Source: an uncultured delta proteobacterium
GTDB taxonomy: Bacteria; Myxococcota_A; Polyangia; Polyangiales; Polyangiaceae
Reading direction: 5' to 3'
Assembly (NCBI GenBank): GCA_963839305.1
Contig: CAWIUL010000011.1
Span: forward strand, 2,441,561 to 2,505,560
Length of the DNA stretch: 64,000 bases
Positions 30,995 to 41,656 of the stretch are shown in pieces. Made by a program: the position numbers and the translations under genes. Numbering within the stretch: the first letter of the stretch is position 1; each line of letters starts with the position of its first letter. The notes under the pieces were generated by a model. It saw only the letters and a list, made by a program, of their open reading frames with translations, was not told where the DNA came from and did no database searches.

Positions 30995-33007
30995 ATGACC
31001 GACACGCGCGAACGCGACATCCTCGTGGCCTCGAACGAATATGCGTACGTCCAGGATCTGACGAAGGGCGACATCGTCCTCTACGTCGGACCGACGAAGA
31101 TCAGCCTCTCGAACACCGAGCGGCTCGTCGACTACCAAAACGGCCGGTTCTTGCCGATCCGCGCGGATGAAGGCAACGCCGTCGCGACGTTCGTGAGCGC
31201 GACCTCCTCGCAGTACATCGTGCTCGAGAACCCGCCGAAGGATCCCGGGGTCAAGCCCGTGAAGGGGAACAACAGCGCCGTCGAGCTCCGCATCGGACGC
31301 AAGGTCGTCGTGCCCGGGCCCTCGTCGTTTCCGCTCTGGCCCGGGCAGCGCGCGCGCGTCGTCGACGGTCACTCGCTGCGCGAGGACGAGTACCTCATCG
31401 TGCGCGTCTACGAGACCAACGAGGTGACCCAGCACCCCATCGGCACCGAGACGATCGTGCGCGGCACCGACACGAGCTTCTACGTCCCGACGACGGGTCT
31501 CGAGGCCGTCGCGACCCAATCGGGCTACGTGCGCAAGGCGCGCCGGCTGCGTCGCGGCAAGGGACTTCACCTCCGCGTCGTCAAATCGTTCGACGTTGCC
31601 GTTGGCGACGTCCCGCTTCGCGGATCCGTCGACGCCGTCGAGGGCGACACGCTCCCCCTCGGCCACTACGAGGCCGGCCAGGACATCTTCATCGCGGATC
31701 GCGAGGGCTTCTTCTTCCCGACCGCGAGCGTCGAGGTCGTGAGCGAGATCTCCGCGATCCCGCTCGGCGAGCGTGAGGGCGTCTACGCGCGCGACATCGC
31801 GAGCGGGCGGATCGAGACGGTCACCGGGCCGATCAACTATCTGCCCGATCCGACGCGCGTCGAGATCGTCGCGCGCTCGATCGACGACGACCGCGCGGAT
31901 CTCTACGGCGTCCCGCGCGATCGCGACGTGACGCGCGCGCTCTCGATCCACGTGCCCTCGAGCTTCGCGGTGCTCGTGACCGCCAAGAACAAACGCGAGG
32001 TCGTGCGCGGACCGCAGACGCGCGTGCTCGACTACGACGAAGACCTCGAGGTGCTCGAGCTCTCGACGGGCAAGCCGAAGTCGCAGGAGCGCACGCTCCG
32101 CACATGCTTCCTCCAGACCGACGGGAACAAGGTCTCCGACGTGCTGCGCGTGAAGACGGGGGACCACAACGAGGTCGAGGTCGTCGTCTCCTATCGCGTG
32201 TCGTTCGTCGGGCTCGAGCACGCCGAGCGCTGGTTCAACGTGAAGGACTACGTCGGCCTCTTGTGCGACCACGCGGGCTCGCTGCTCCGCGCCGCGGCGC
32301 GCGCTTGCTCGATCGAGGCGTTCTACCAGAACAGCACCGACGTCCTCCGCTCCGCGATCCTCGGCGAGAAGCGCGAGGGCGAGCCGCGCCCCGGCCGTCA
32401 CTTCGAGGAGAACGGGATGTGGATCTACGACGTCGAGGTCCTCGACGTGCGCATCCTCGATCCCGAGGTGCAGGTCCTCATCGGCGGCGCTCAGCGCAAC
32501 GCGATCGTCGCGGACGTGTCGAGGCGGCAGGAGCTCTTGCGGCTCGAGACCGAGCGCCTCAAGGAACAAGTGCGCCGCGCGATCTGCGACGAGCAAGCGC
32601 AGACGATGGTCGCGGAGCAGGCGCGCGTCGAGAAGAAGCGCGCGGTGGATCTCGCCACCGCCGAGTCCGCGGCCGCGGTCGTCGGAGTCTCGGACGCGGC
32701 GCGCATCGCGAGCAAGGAGCGCGAGAACGAGGTCGAACGGAAGATGCTCGACGCTCGCGTCGCCGCGTTCCGAGAGCAAATGGCCGCGCTCGCGCCCGAG
32801 CTCGTCTCGACGCTCAAGACGCTCGGTCACCAGCAGCTCGCCATGGAGCTCACGAAGAGCGCGTCGCCGCTGGCGATCCTCGGCGGCGAGAGCGTCACCG
32901 ACGTGGTCGAGCGCCTCCTCGGCGCGCTCCCCATCGGCGCGGATGCAACGTTGAAACAGCTGCTCCCTCCGAAGAACGGGCGCTCCGAGAAGGCCGCCAA
33001 GACCTGA
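30995..33007 (+). CDS. major vault protein (MVP) homolog: MVP repeats + shoulder (SPFH-like) + short cap-helix
   Basis: N-terminus [35 protein letters not shown] matches MVP [38 protein letters not shown] matches MVP DPFPLYPGE. The shoulder domain [27 protein letters not shown]...[10 protein letters not shown] is followed by a coiled-coil Glu/Arg-rich helix. Confidence 0.7.
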   Translation: [670 protein letters not shown]

Positions 33008-33030
33008 AAAAGCGGGTGTAGAGTGGGCAC

Positions 33031-34530
33031 GTGCGGAAGTCGTTCGCGATCGTCCTTGGGGCTGCGGCGATGTTGGGTGCGTGTGGGAAGACGCCACCGA
33101 GCGCGACCGACGCTGCACCGTCCGTGAGCGCGAACGCGGTGTTCGTCGTGCCCACCGTCGCTTGGGATCCCAAGACGCGCGACGACGCGATCGCCGCCGG
33201 CAAGGCGGTGCTCGTCAAGAACGAGTGCCGCCGCTGCCACGACATCGACGATCTCCCCGCGCCCGTTCGTCCCAACTACTGCACGAGCTGCCACGAGTTT
33301 CTCACGGGCCTCAAGCCCGGCGAGAAGCAGTACGAAGAGCTGAAGACGCGCTACGGCGAAGCGATCCTCCAGCGCTATCAGAAGAACATCGTGCACCTCA
33401 TCAAGGTGCCGAGCCTCACGAACCTCGGGTGGCGCGTGCGCGCCGACTACGTCGCGAGCTTCCTCTCCGAGCCGTACGACCAGCGGCCGACGCTCGAGGA
33501 GAGCATGATCCGCCACGCGCTGAGCGACGACGACATCAAGGCCGTCGCGCGCTACTTCGCGGCCGTCGCGAACGCGCCCGATCCGTACGCGGCAGACTAC
33601 AAACCACCCGCGCTCGGAAAGCGCCCCGCGCAAGAGCGCATCGAGAAGGGCAAGAAGCTCCTCGCGACCAAGGGCTGCAACGCGTGCCACACGTTCGGCA
33701 ACGTCGACCTCGGCTTGCCTCGCGCGTCGCTCGAGGGCGCGCGCGCGATGAACCAGCTCGCGCCGAACCTCCGCTACGCGAAGGAGCGAACGCGCCCCGA
33801 CGTGATCGTCGCGTGGATCCAGAACCCGCAGCAGATCACGCCCGGCACGATCATGCCGCCGAGCGGCCTCTCGCGCGACGAGGCCGAGCAGATCCGCGAC
33901 TACCTCTTCTTCGGCGATCCGGAGCTTCATCAGGCGCCCCCGACGCTCGTCCCGCCCGCGCCGCAGATCCTCCAGCGCGAGGTCCCGTGGGAGGAGATGA
34001 AGGCGCGCACGATCGGCAAGGTGTGTGTCCACTGCCACATGAACGACTTCGAGAAGGACACGGGCCCCGGCAACAAAGGCGGCTTTGGTTACAAAGGCAT
34101 CGGCCTCGCGATGCGCACGTACGAGGCGCTCGTGAACGGCGCCGTCGGCCCCGACGGCAAGCGCTACTCGGTCCTCGTGCCGAAGCAGGGCGAGACCGAG
34201 GCGCCGATCGTCGCGGCGATGCTCAGGCGAAAGACCGAGGAGCAGCGCGATCACGTCCCTGCGCTCGAGGACTACGACCGCCCGCACTACGCGAAGGCTT
34301 TCTCGGTCGCGTTTCTCGGGATGCCGATGGGGCTGCCGTCGATGACCGACGAGGAGATCTCGATCCTCGCGACGTGGATCGCGCAAGGTTGCAAGGGCCC
34401 GAAGACCGTGTGGGGCAAGCCGGGCGTCAACGACGGCCTGCTCGTGCAAGACGGTCCGCTCAAGAAGAACCAAGGCTGCGAGCAGCGACCGCCCGAGCAC
34501 CCGCGCCCGAAGTGGGCCTTCGATCAGTGA
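33031..34530 (+). CDS. tetraheme c-type cytochrome lipoprotein
   Basis: MLGACG lipobox. Four CxxCH motifs (CRRCH, CTSCH, CNACH, CVHCH). Starts 24 nt after the MVP stop. Confidence 0.7.
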   Translation: MRKSFAIVLGAAAMLGACGKTPPSATDAAPSVSANAVFVVPTVAWDPKTRDDAIAAGKAVLVKNECRRCHDIDDLPAPVRPNYCTSCHEFLTGLKPGEKQYEELKTRYGEAILQRYQKNIVHLIKVPSLTNLGWRVRADYVASFLSEPYDQRPTLEESMIRHALSDDDIKAVARYFAAVANAPDPYAADYKPPALGKRPAQERIEKGKKLLATKGCNACHTFGNVDLGLPRASLEGARAMNQLAPNLRYAKERTRPDVIVAWIQNPQQITPGTIMPPSGLSRDEAEQIRDYLFFGDPELHQAPPTLVPPAPQILQREVPWEEMKARTIGKVCVHCHMNDFEKDTGPGNKGGFGYKGIGLAMRTYEALVNGAVGPDGKRYSVLVPKQGETEAPIVAAMLRRKTEEQRDHVPALEDYDRPHYAKAFSVAFLGMPMGLPSMTDEEISILATWIAQGCKGPKTVWGKPGVNDGLLVQDGPLKKNQGCEQRPPEHPRPKWAFDQ

Positions 34531-34587
34531 GCTAGACGCAGCGCTCACCGAAGCAGAGCAGGTATTCGACCGTGTTTGCGTATGAAA

Positions 34588-34705
34588 CGCGGCAGCGTCG
34601 AAATTCCCGGCCGGACCGGCACGTGCCGTGTCGAACGAAGAATTTGGCCACGACGTTGATGCGCCACTCGCAGACTGACGCGGCACGTCGCGGCCCCGCC
34701 GCGCA
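34588..34705. repeat. copy 2 of the ~130-nt intergenic repeat element (CGGCACGTGCCG palindrome)
   Basis: Aligns with 23573..23704. Lies in the convergent gap between the cytochrome gene and the OPT transporter gene. Confidence 0.5.
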
Positions 34706-34734
34706 TTCTCAGGTCGGCTCGGGCGAGCTTCTGA

Positions 34735-36708
34735 CTACTCGAGGTAGCCCGCCGCGCTGAGGAGCGCGACGACGACGCCGAGCAAGCTCTCGCCCGCGAT
34801 GATTCCCGAGGCGACCGGCGTGACGTAGCGCTCCGCGTGCTCCGCGCGATACTTCGTCCACGCGTAGGCGATGAGCGCGCCAATGAACATCGAGACGGAG
34901 TTGAAGCACGGGATGACGAGCGCGAGCCCGAGGCCCGTCGCGCTCGGAATCCACTGCTTGTACTTCGGCAGCCACAGCTCGAGCAGCGGGAGCACGATGC
35001 CGATGAGGCCGCCGATGACGAGGCCCCAGCGCGCCCACGGGTGGAGCGACTCGACGCCGTTCGCGAGGACCTCGGCGACGCCCTTCCACACCTGCGCGCT
35101 CGGCGCGGGGAAGCGATCGGTGCCGAGCGCGTCGGGCGTCGGCACGAGGACGTAGAACGCCGGGACCGAGACCGCGGTCCCGACGAGCGTGCCCGAGAGC
35201 TGCGCGAGGAACTGCTGGCGCGGGTTCGCGCCGAGGAGGTATCCGCTCTTCAAGTCGTTGAGAAGATCGGCGGACGCGCCCGCGGTGCTCGCCGTGATGC
35301 TGGCGGTCATGAGGTTCGTGACGATCTTCGCGGGCGCGAGGATTCCGTACGTGAGCTGGGTGATCTTGCCCATCGCGCCGATCGGCGTGATGTCCGTCTC
35401 GCCGGTCGCGCGGCACGCGACGATCGAGAGCATGAACGCGAGCATGACGGCGATGACGCCGAGCCACGGGCGAATCTCGAACGCGACCCACCCGATGATG
35501 ACGATGCCGATCGTCGAGAGGACCGTCCCCACCGCGAACCAAGACGACGGGACCTCGATCTTCTCGAGCTCGCCGCGCGCCTTCTCGAGCGGATCCGCCG
35601 AGGCGGCGTCGTGGTGCTCTTTGCCCTTCTTGAGGAGCTTGCCGAAGCCCGAGAACGCGCGGAGCACCGTGCGCCATTGGAGCGCGAACGTGAGCAGGCC
35701 CGACGTGACCATGATCGCGGCGCCGGGCCACAAGCTGAACGACACGACGGCGCGGTAGCCGAGCGCGGGGGCGCCGTGCGCGTCGAGGTGCGTCTTGATG
35801 GCGCCAGCGTCGAGCGCCATCGGCGCGAGCACGCCGTAGTTCACGAGCGCCGCGACGAGCATGCTGATCGTCGTGCGCAGGCCCATCAGCATTCCCGCGC
35901 CGACCATGATGAGCGAACCCTCGAACGAGATCGTCCACTGCGTCAGCGCGAGGCCGCGGATCTTGAGGCCCGGGATCTTGATGAGCGACGGGATCGTCGG
36001 GTTGTCCGCCGGGCCGCAGAGCTTCGTGAGCGCGCCGAGGATCGGGTGACCGCCCGCGGCGTGCGCGTCACGGAGCCACGCGATGATCGCGCCGACGCCC
36101 ATCGTCGCGAAGAGCGAGCGCGCCTTCGTGATGGCCTCGCTGCCCGCGCCGTAGAGCGACTTGAGCGTCTCGGCCGCGGCGGTGCCCGATGGGAAGCGCA
36201 GCTTCTCGATGTTGATCATCTGGCGCTTCATCGGGATCGCCATGATCGTGCCGAGCACCGCGAGGAAGAACAGCCAGCCCATGAGCACGAACATCGGCAG
36301 GTGCTTGCCGCGCACGAGGAGCAGCGCCGAGATCGCCGACGCGAGGATCGTCGTCGTCGTGTTGGCGGCGCTCGACGCGGTCGACTGCATCGCGTTGTTC
36401 TCGAGGATCGTCATGTTCGTGCCGAACAGCCACGGCAGGATGCGCGACAGCGTCGAGTAGATCGCGAACGAGAGGATGCACGCGGTGATGGCGACGCCGA
36501 GCCCCCAGCCCGTCTTCAACCCGACGTACAGGTTCGACAGGCACATGATCGCGCCGATGAGGCTGCCGACGATGAACGAGCGCAGCGTGAACTGCCGGAC
36601 GTTTCCGCGGTAGACGTTGTGGAACCACTCGACCTCGGGATCGAGCTTGTCTTCCGGACGCGGGTTGGGCGCGCGATAGGGTTGTTCCTTGTCGGCGTGT
36701 TCGGCCAT
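34735..36708 (-). CDS. OPT family oligopeptide transporter
   Basis: About 16 TM segments; typical OPT/TIGR00733-like composition; 657 aa. Confidence 0.8.
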   Translation of the reverse strand: MAEHADKEQPYRAPNPRPEDKLDPEVEWFHNVYRGNVRQFTLRSFIVGSLIGAIMCLSNLYVGLKTGWGLGVAITACILSFAIYSTLSRILPWLFGTNMTILENNAMQSTASSAANTTTTILASAISALLLVRGKHLPMFVLMGWLFFLAVLGTIMAIPMKRQMINIEKLRFPSGTAAAETLKSLYGAGSEAITKARSLFATMGVGAIIAWLRDAHAAGGHPILGALTKLCGPADNPTIPSLIKIPGLKIRGLALTQWTISFEGSLIMVGAGMLMGLRTTISMLVAALVNYGVLAPMALDAGAIKTHLDAHGAPALGYRAVVSFSLWPGAAIMVTSGLLTFALQWRTVLRAFSGFGKLLKKGKEHHDAASADPLEKARGELEKIEVPSSWFAVGTVLSTIGIVIIGWVAFEIRPWLGVIAVMLAFMLSIVACRATGETDITPIGAMGKITQLTYGILAPAKIVTNLMTASITASTAGASADLLNDLKSGYLLGANPRQQFLAQLSGTLVGTAVSVPAFYVLVPTPDALGTDRFPAPSAQVWKGVAEVLANGVESLHPWARWGLVIGGLIGIVLPLLELWLPKYKQWIPSATGLGLALVIPCFNSVSMFIGALIAYAWTKYRAEHAERYVTPVASGIIAGESLLGVVVALLSAAGYLE

Positions 36709-36727
36709 GCGGCCGTCCTAACATGGC

Positions 36728-39700
36728 CTAGCGGCCGGACATGCAGCGAAATGATTGACGCGCGCGGTCGACGAAGATGCCCGCGGTCGCGAATGGGCCG
36801 TCGACCTTGCCGAGCGATCCGGTGGAGGTCGCCTCGCCGTAGCCGTTCATCGCGATCTTCTCCACGCACAGAGCGTCGGCGGTGATGTGGTAGCGCGCGA
36901 GCATGCCGGTCGACGAGTAACCGTGGAGCTGCGCGCCCGACGCGCCCATGACGGTGATGGCTCCGCCGGGCCAGCGACCGTCGACGACCCACCCGCCGTC
37001 TTGCGGTCCGCAGACGCGCGCCTGCTTGCCGCTCGCGTCGGAGTAGCCGAGCCGCTCCGGATCGTGGAGCGTGCCGGAGTCGACGTCGATCGGGAGGACC
37101 CACGTCTGGTTCTGCCAGCGCGAAGGGCGCGCGGCGCCTTCGCTCATCGGCGGTCCATCGACGAGCGCGCCGAGCATGCGACCGTCGGCGCGCTTCGCGA
37201 GGCGGAGCGAGAGCGGTCGCGTGGTGCCCTCGTACCCCGCGCGCGGCACACGCGCGACCTCGCGGGCGCTGCCGTTTTCGAGCTCCCAAATCGCGGTCGC
37301 GAGCGGCTCGCTCGTCGCGAGGTACCACCGGCCGCCCATGCGCACCGCGGACTCGAGATCGCCGAGCGGCTGCCCGTCGGCGCGGTGCACGTCGACGGCC
37401 GGGCGATCGGCCTCGAGCTCCACGATGACCACGTCGTTGTTCTGCTGGCCGGCCGAGTAATACCCGCGGTGGAGCACGAGGAGCGCGTGCGACGCGTCGT
37501 CACCCGGGACGACCGCGAAGCTCTGGATCGGGTGCGGAATGCCGCCACCGAGCCCGATGAAGTTCGTCGCGTCGGTGATGTATTTCGGGATGGGCGTCGA
37601 CTGCGTCGCGCGGAGCACGTTCGAGCTCTCGAAGGGCGACGTGAAGCGCACCATGAAATGCCCGCGCACGTCCCACTCGATGCCCTTCTGTCCCCACGCG
37701 TAGAGGCGCGCGATGCGCGACACGTTGAGGTGCCCCGAGTTCGAGCGATCGATCGCGCTGCGATCGTAGAGCTCGTCGATCGGGCGGCTCCAGCCGAGAT
37801 CGTCGGTGGCGAGCTTCGGCGCGTCGATCGAGAAGAACGACTGCCAGTCCTGCGTGGTCGGCGCGCCGTAGCGGTATCGGTAGCTGTAGCTGCCGTAGTA
37901 GCCGCCGTACTCGTTGGTGCGCGCGGCGGTCGTGTCGTTGCTCGTCGGCGCGAGCTTGCCAACGAGCTCGCAGCGGAGCGGGAGCGTCTCGGGCGAGCGC
38001 ACGTCGACCGTGCGCGGCGGCGGCGCGGAGACGTCGTGCGACGTGGTCGCGTCCTCCGCGCCCCAACCGACGCGGATCCAACCCGCGAGCACGCAACCGA
38101 GCGGGCCGCACCCGTGCGACGACGCGCCCGACGCGGGCCCCGACGCCTCGAGCGGCTCGGGGAGCGCGAGCGCGCGCCACGTCATGCCGCCGTCGAACGT
38201 CTCGTAGCCCTGGCGCGAAGGCGTCCACCCGAGGCCGTAGCGGCCCGAGACGACCGCCGTGCCGAGATCCGCGACGTACGGGCCGTGCTTCGCGTGACCG
38301 CTGACGTTCACCTCGACGCCGACGTAGCGGCCCGAGTGCTCGACCCACGCCGAGAGCATGCCGGGCGTCCGCTCCTCGACGCCGCGCAGCCACGTGCCCG
38401 AGCGGAGCACCGCGTTGACAATCGCGTCGTCGTCCGGCGCGGGGCGATCGTCGTCGTCGTCATCGTCATCGGCGCGCTTCGCCTTGACCGGCGCGCTCGG
38501 CTTCGCGCCGTCGAACACAATCGGGATCGTCGTGGGCTTCGTGCCGTCGAAGATCGTGATGCGAGCCGTCGCGAGAATCCGACGCGGGCGGCGACAGGAT
38601 CGCGGTGCGCCCATCCATGAGCGGCACGACGCGCTCGGTGCCCACGTCGCCGTTCACGACGAAGTCCTCGAACGCGCCTGTCTTGCGCATGATGCAGTAG
38701 CGCTGCTCGGTCTTCTTGATGTCGACGGGCGTCGCGTCCGCGTCGCACGCGCCCTCGACGACGAGCGTGCCGTTGCTCGGCGAGAAGACCGCGCGCGGCG
38801 AGTCGAAGTGGCGAAGGACCGCGAGCTTTCCCGCTCGCGCGTCGTACGCGTAAATCTCCGTCGCGCCGTGCGGCATCCCGCACACGAAGCCGAACGATGC
38901 GGGCGCCTTCGGCGGCGAGAGCGACACCGCGTGGCATCGCGAGGGCTTCAGCGGGAACGCGTCGGGCGCGGTGTCGACGATGCCGCCGTCGGCGAGCCGC
39001 ACGCGCGAGAGCGCGCCGTCCTTCGCGACGAGCGCCGTGCCGCCCTCGAGCGGCCAGCCGTCGAGCACCGCCGCGGCGAGCGGGTTCTTCGCCGCCGCGC
39101 GCGCGGGGTCCTCCGGCTCGGCGCGCGGCTTCGCGTGCACGACGCGATCGGCGTCTTGGAGGCGAGCGATCTGTCCGCTCGGCTGCACCGCGTAGGCCTG
39201 CGTCGCGCCCGCAGCGTCCGTGCCCGTCACGACGATCGCGTCGCCGACGAGCTTCAGATCCTTGGGCTGGATCGGCAAGTTGAGCGGCTGCCATTTGCCG
39301 CCGGCGTCGAACGTCGCGACGACGCCGCGAAGATCCGCGATCGCGACCGCGCGCCAACCGTCGGCCGCGACGTAACGGATCACGTCGGGGCTCGGAGGCC
39401 ATGGGCCGAGATCCATCGACGTGCCCGTCTTCACGTCGAACGCGGCGTATGCGTTGTTCGACATGCGCACGTACGCGCGATCGAGCCCGACGAAGAGCTG
39501 CGTCGGCTGCACGCGCGGCTCGTAGAGCCCGCGGAGCGGCGCGAGCCATTTGTCCGCGCGATACACGGCGGTGCCGATCACGAAGAGGAACCCGCTGCCG
39601 AGCCGCTCGGGGATCTCGACGGTCACGCTCGGCGGCGACGGGAGCGGATCGGACGCGCTCTCGATCCCGCCGTTCGCGAGCCGAACGACGCGCACGTTGC

Positions 39701-39914
39701 CCACGAGCATTCGCTTGCCGCCGCCCGGCTCGGTCCCGAACGTCCTGTCGTCGTCGCCCGGACGAACCGGGACGAGGCGCGCCGGGTGAAGCGTCGGATC
39801 GGCGATCGGCGCGACGGGCGTGCGCAGCGCTGCGCGGCTCGCGTCCTCGGGCGGCCTCGCGGGCCCACACGCCGCGAGGAGCGCTCCCGCGACCACGATG
39901 CGAAACGGCTTCAC
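36728..39914 (-). CDS. large secreted lipoprotein (~1050 aa) with a frame break at ~38570
   Basis: LLAACG lipobox at the N-terminus. The two listed ORFs overlap by 150 nt in different frames. The sequence ...GRTAILSPPAS (first ORF) continues as RITIFDGTKPTTIPIVFDGAKPS in the second. Confidence 0.5.
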
Positions 39915-39932
39915 GTAGACGAGGTTAGCGCT

Positions 39933-40538
39933 TCACGGCGAGAGGCGCTCGATCCGCCACGCTGCCCCTTGCCGCGTGTAACGGAGGCGGTCGTGGAGGC
40001 GATGGACGCGACCCTGCCAGAACTCGAAGACCGCGGGTTTCACGCGAAAGCCGCCCCAGAACGGCGGGACCGGCACCTCGCGCCCTGCGTACTCTTCCTC
40101 GATTTCGACGACGCGCGCCTCGAGCTCCGCGCGCGAGATCGCCTCGCTCTGCACGGACGCCCAGGCGCCCACCTGCGACTCGCGCGGGCGCGTGCGGAAA
40201 TACGCCGCCGACTCCTCGCGCGTGACGCGCTCCACCGCGCCTTCGATGCGGATTTGCCGCGCGAGCGGCGCCCAGAAGAAGAGCAACGCGACCTGGGCGT
40301 TGTGCTCGAGCTCGCGCCCCTTGCGGCTTCCGTAGTTCGTATAGAAGACGAACCCGTTCGCGTCGTACTCCTTCAAGAGGACCATGCGCACGCTCGGGGC
40401 GCCCGCGCGGGTCGAGGAGGCGAGCGCCATCGCGTTGGGTTCGGGCAGGCTCGCGGTGTGCGCGTCTTCGAACCACTGCTTGAACTGGGCGATCGGGTCG
40501 AGGTTCGCCGACTCCTCGGTGAGCGTGTCGTCCGCCAT
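39933..40538 (-). CDS. pdxH: pyridoxamine 5'-phosphate oxidase
   Basis: IRIEGAVERVTREESAAYFRTRPRESQVGAWASVQS...FWQGRVHRLHDRLRY. Confidence 0.85.
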   Translation of the reverse strand: MADDTLTEESANLDPIAQFKQWFEDAHTASLPEPNAMALASSTRAGAPSVRMVLLKEYDANGFVFYTNYGSRKGRELEHNAQVALLFFWAPLARQIRIEGAVERVTREESAAYFRTRPRESQVGAWASVQSEAISRAELEARVVEIEEEYAGREVPVPPFWGGFRVKPAVFEFWQGRVHRLHDRLRYTRQGAAWRIERLSP

Positions 40539-40626
40539 GGCCACGATGTAGCACCGACCGGCCGCTGTTCGCTCGAGCACGTTCTTTGCGATATCATCCG
40601 CCGGGCGTGAGAGGCATCGAGCTCAA

Positions 40627-41484
40627 GTGAACGAAGACGCGCTTTCGCGGTTCTTGGAGCTGGTCGCACGCGAGATGAACTCGTCGGACGTCCGCGCCGA
40701 GCCTCGCGAGCCTCGCGACACGAAGCCTTCGCAGAACGTGCTCGTCGTTCCGCTCGGAGACCGCTCGGAGGTCATCGTGCGCTTCGAAGAGACGCCGCCC
40801 GACATCGACGCGCGCCAGCGGCGCCTCGAGATGCTCGCGGCTGCGTTCGCGAGCGCGATCGACGGCGAGCCGGTGGAAGGCCGACCCAAGCGCGTGGGCC
40901 GCCGCTCGCTCCGCCGTGAGCTCGAGGCGCTCGCGACGCGCGCGGAGGCAATCGACGCGCTCGTCATCGACGCGCACTCGCCGATCGTGTGGGGCGCGGT
41001 CGCGGGTCCCATGGCGACGCCCGTCGCGAACGTGATCCCGCTCAACGCCGAGGCGCGCGCGCGCATCGAGCGCATCCAGGAGTCGCACCGCGATCTCATC
41101 GCGGTGATCGGCGACGACGACGACGACAAAGACGACGACGAGCGCGCCTCGGCGACGCCCGCGCCCGGCGCGCCCTCGCCCATCACGACGCGAGCGATAG
41201 CCGAAATCCGCGCGCTCCCCGCCACCGCGCAGCTCCACCGCGGCGGTCACCTCGCGTTCAACAAACGCGAAGAGCACTATGGCGTCATCGCGCGGAGCTT
41301 CGCGGCGATCTACGTGCTCATCGTCGTGTTCGACAAAGCCTTCGACATGATCCGCGCCGAGCGCGCGCTCCGCGACCACCTGCCTGTCATCGAGCGACTG
41401 GTCCTCGCGCTGCCGCCGTTCGATCCCGAGCCCGCGCCGCGCGCTGGCGTGATCGCGCTCCGCAGGCCGCGTCGCAGGCGCTGA
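40627..41484 (+). CDS. hypothetical protein (possible tandem Roadblock/LC7-like halves, acidic linker)
   Basis: GTG start; AIDALVIDAHSPIVWGAVAG region; poly-Asp linker. Confidence 0.4.
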   Translation: MNEDALSRFLELVAREMNSSDVRAEPREPRDTKPSQNVLVVPLGDRSEVIVRFEETPPDIDARQRRLEMLAAAFASAIDGEPVEGRPKRVGRRSLRRELEALATRAEAIDALVIDAHSPIVWGAVAGPMATPVANVIPLNAEARARIERIQESHRDLIAVIGDDDDDKDDDERASATPAPGAPSPITTRAIAEIRALPATAQLHRGGHLAFNKREEHYGVIARSFAAIYVLIVVFDKAFDMIRAERALRDHLPVIERLVLALPPFDPEPAPRAGVIALRRPRRRR

Positions 41485-41656
41485 CGCCGCAAATTGCCCC
41501 ACGGCTCAGCTCACCGCGGATTTGGCGAATTCCGTCGGCGCCGGCGCGAGTTACCACCCACCCTTGAACGCGCCCAGGCTGAACGCCCGACCAGACTCGG
41601 ATCGGCCGTTTCTTGACCGAGGTCGGGGAACCCGTGTAGGAAACGTCCAAATTCGA

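Noticed and set aside
41560-41640. TTCGAAT motif resembling a tRNA T-loop in the low-GC stretch
   Set aside because: No complementary T-stem and no acceptor or anticodon arms could be formed.
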